Shown here: piece after piece, positions 13,160 through 13,321 of the stretch
How positions within the stretch are numbered: position 1 is the stretch's first letter
Layout: the number at the start of each line of letters is the position of its first letter
Source of the DNA: Halalkalibacterium halodurans
GTDB taxonomy: Bacteria > Bacillota > Bacilli > Bacillales > Bacillaceae_D
Reading direction: 5' to 3'
Assembly (NCBI RefSeq): GCF_004376175.1
Contig: NZ_SNUY01000084.1
Coordinates: forward strand, 1 to 13,321
Length of the DNA stretch: 13,321 nucleotides
The notes under the pieces: generated by a model
Database searches by the model: none
Told to the model about the DNA's origin: nothing
Seen by the model: only the letters and a program-made list of their open reading frames with translations
Translations under genes and position numbers: made by a program

Positions 13160-13321
13160 GAATTTGCTTAAAAAAATATACCGGGTAAAATTGTGTGGTA
13201 CCGTCAAGAATTTTGTGTAAGCTCGCAGGGTTTCCTTTGGAATTGCCAATATATTAGACCTTAAGCAGCCTTGGTGACTACACAAAAAGTTTCAGAAGGT
13301 TCTGTCAAGGGCGAAGTGTAT

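Noticed and set aside
13036-13161. 41-codon ORF MNKTSIMFLYDLCHYLFLFGFKCLYINCLQREQYRMVFLYD
   Set aside because: It has no RBS, lies in AT-rich repeat DNA, and its repeated MFLYD/MVFLYD ends are just the 13-bp direct repeat read in frame.
1-13321. Search for CRISPR arrays, tRNA/rRNA genes, large defence genes (nucleases, helicases, NTPases) or long tandem repeats
   Set aside because: No regularly spaced repeats, no cloverleaf-compatible segments and no unassigned ORF longer than 160 aa were found. The only toxin-type module is the Doc pair.

Overview
The window looks like a low-GC Gram-positive (Bacillaceae-like) chromosome: strong AGGAGG-type RBSs, TTG/GTG starts and a lipoprotein-type solute-binding protein. 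It has three parts. (1) 1-2968, all minus strand, is mobile-element debris: the 5' part of an IS1380-like transposase, an AbrB-fold antitoxin/Doc toxin pair, a short 183-aa tyrosine recombinase preceded by a lox/dif-like inverted repeat, and an N-terminally truncated Amidase_3 lysin. (2) About 2970-11434, plus strand, is an 8.5-kb block. It holds the 3' stump of an unknown gene with its terminator, then a nine-gene LacI-controlled operon: PfkB/KdgK-like kinase, an HPS/PHI pair, an Ldh_2 oxidoreductase, a DctPQM TRAP transporter and a Zn-MDR dehydrogenase. (3) 11435-13321, minus strand, is an array of small overlapping ORFs of unknown function. It includes a tandemly duplicated two-gene module, with one copy frameshifted or truncated and the other cut off at the junction with the operon, and a repeat-rich AT-rich control region. 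The best candidate for an undescribed system is the operon. It places a RuMP-type HPS/PHI pair in an acid-sugar TRAP context with no aldolase, dehydratase or epimerases, which suggests a decarboxylative keto-aldonate route. No tRNA, rRNA or CRISPR array was seen. All functional calls come from reading the translated sequences and from remembered family motifs; no database search was possible.
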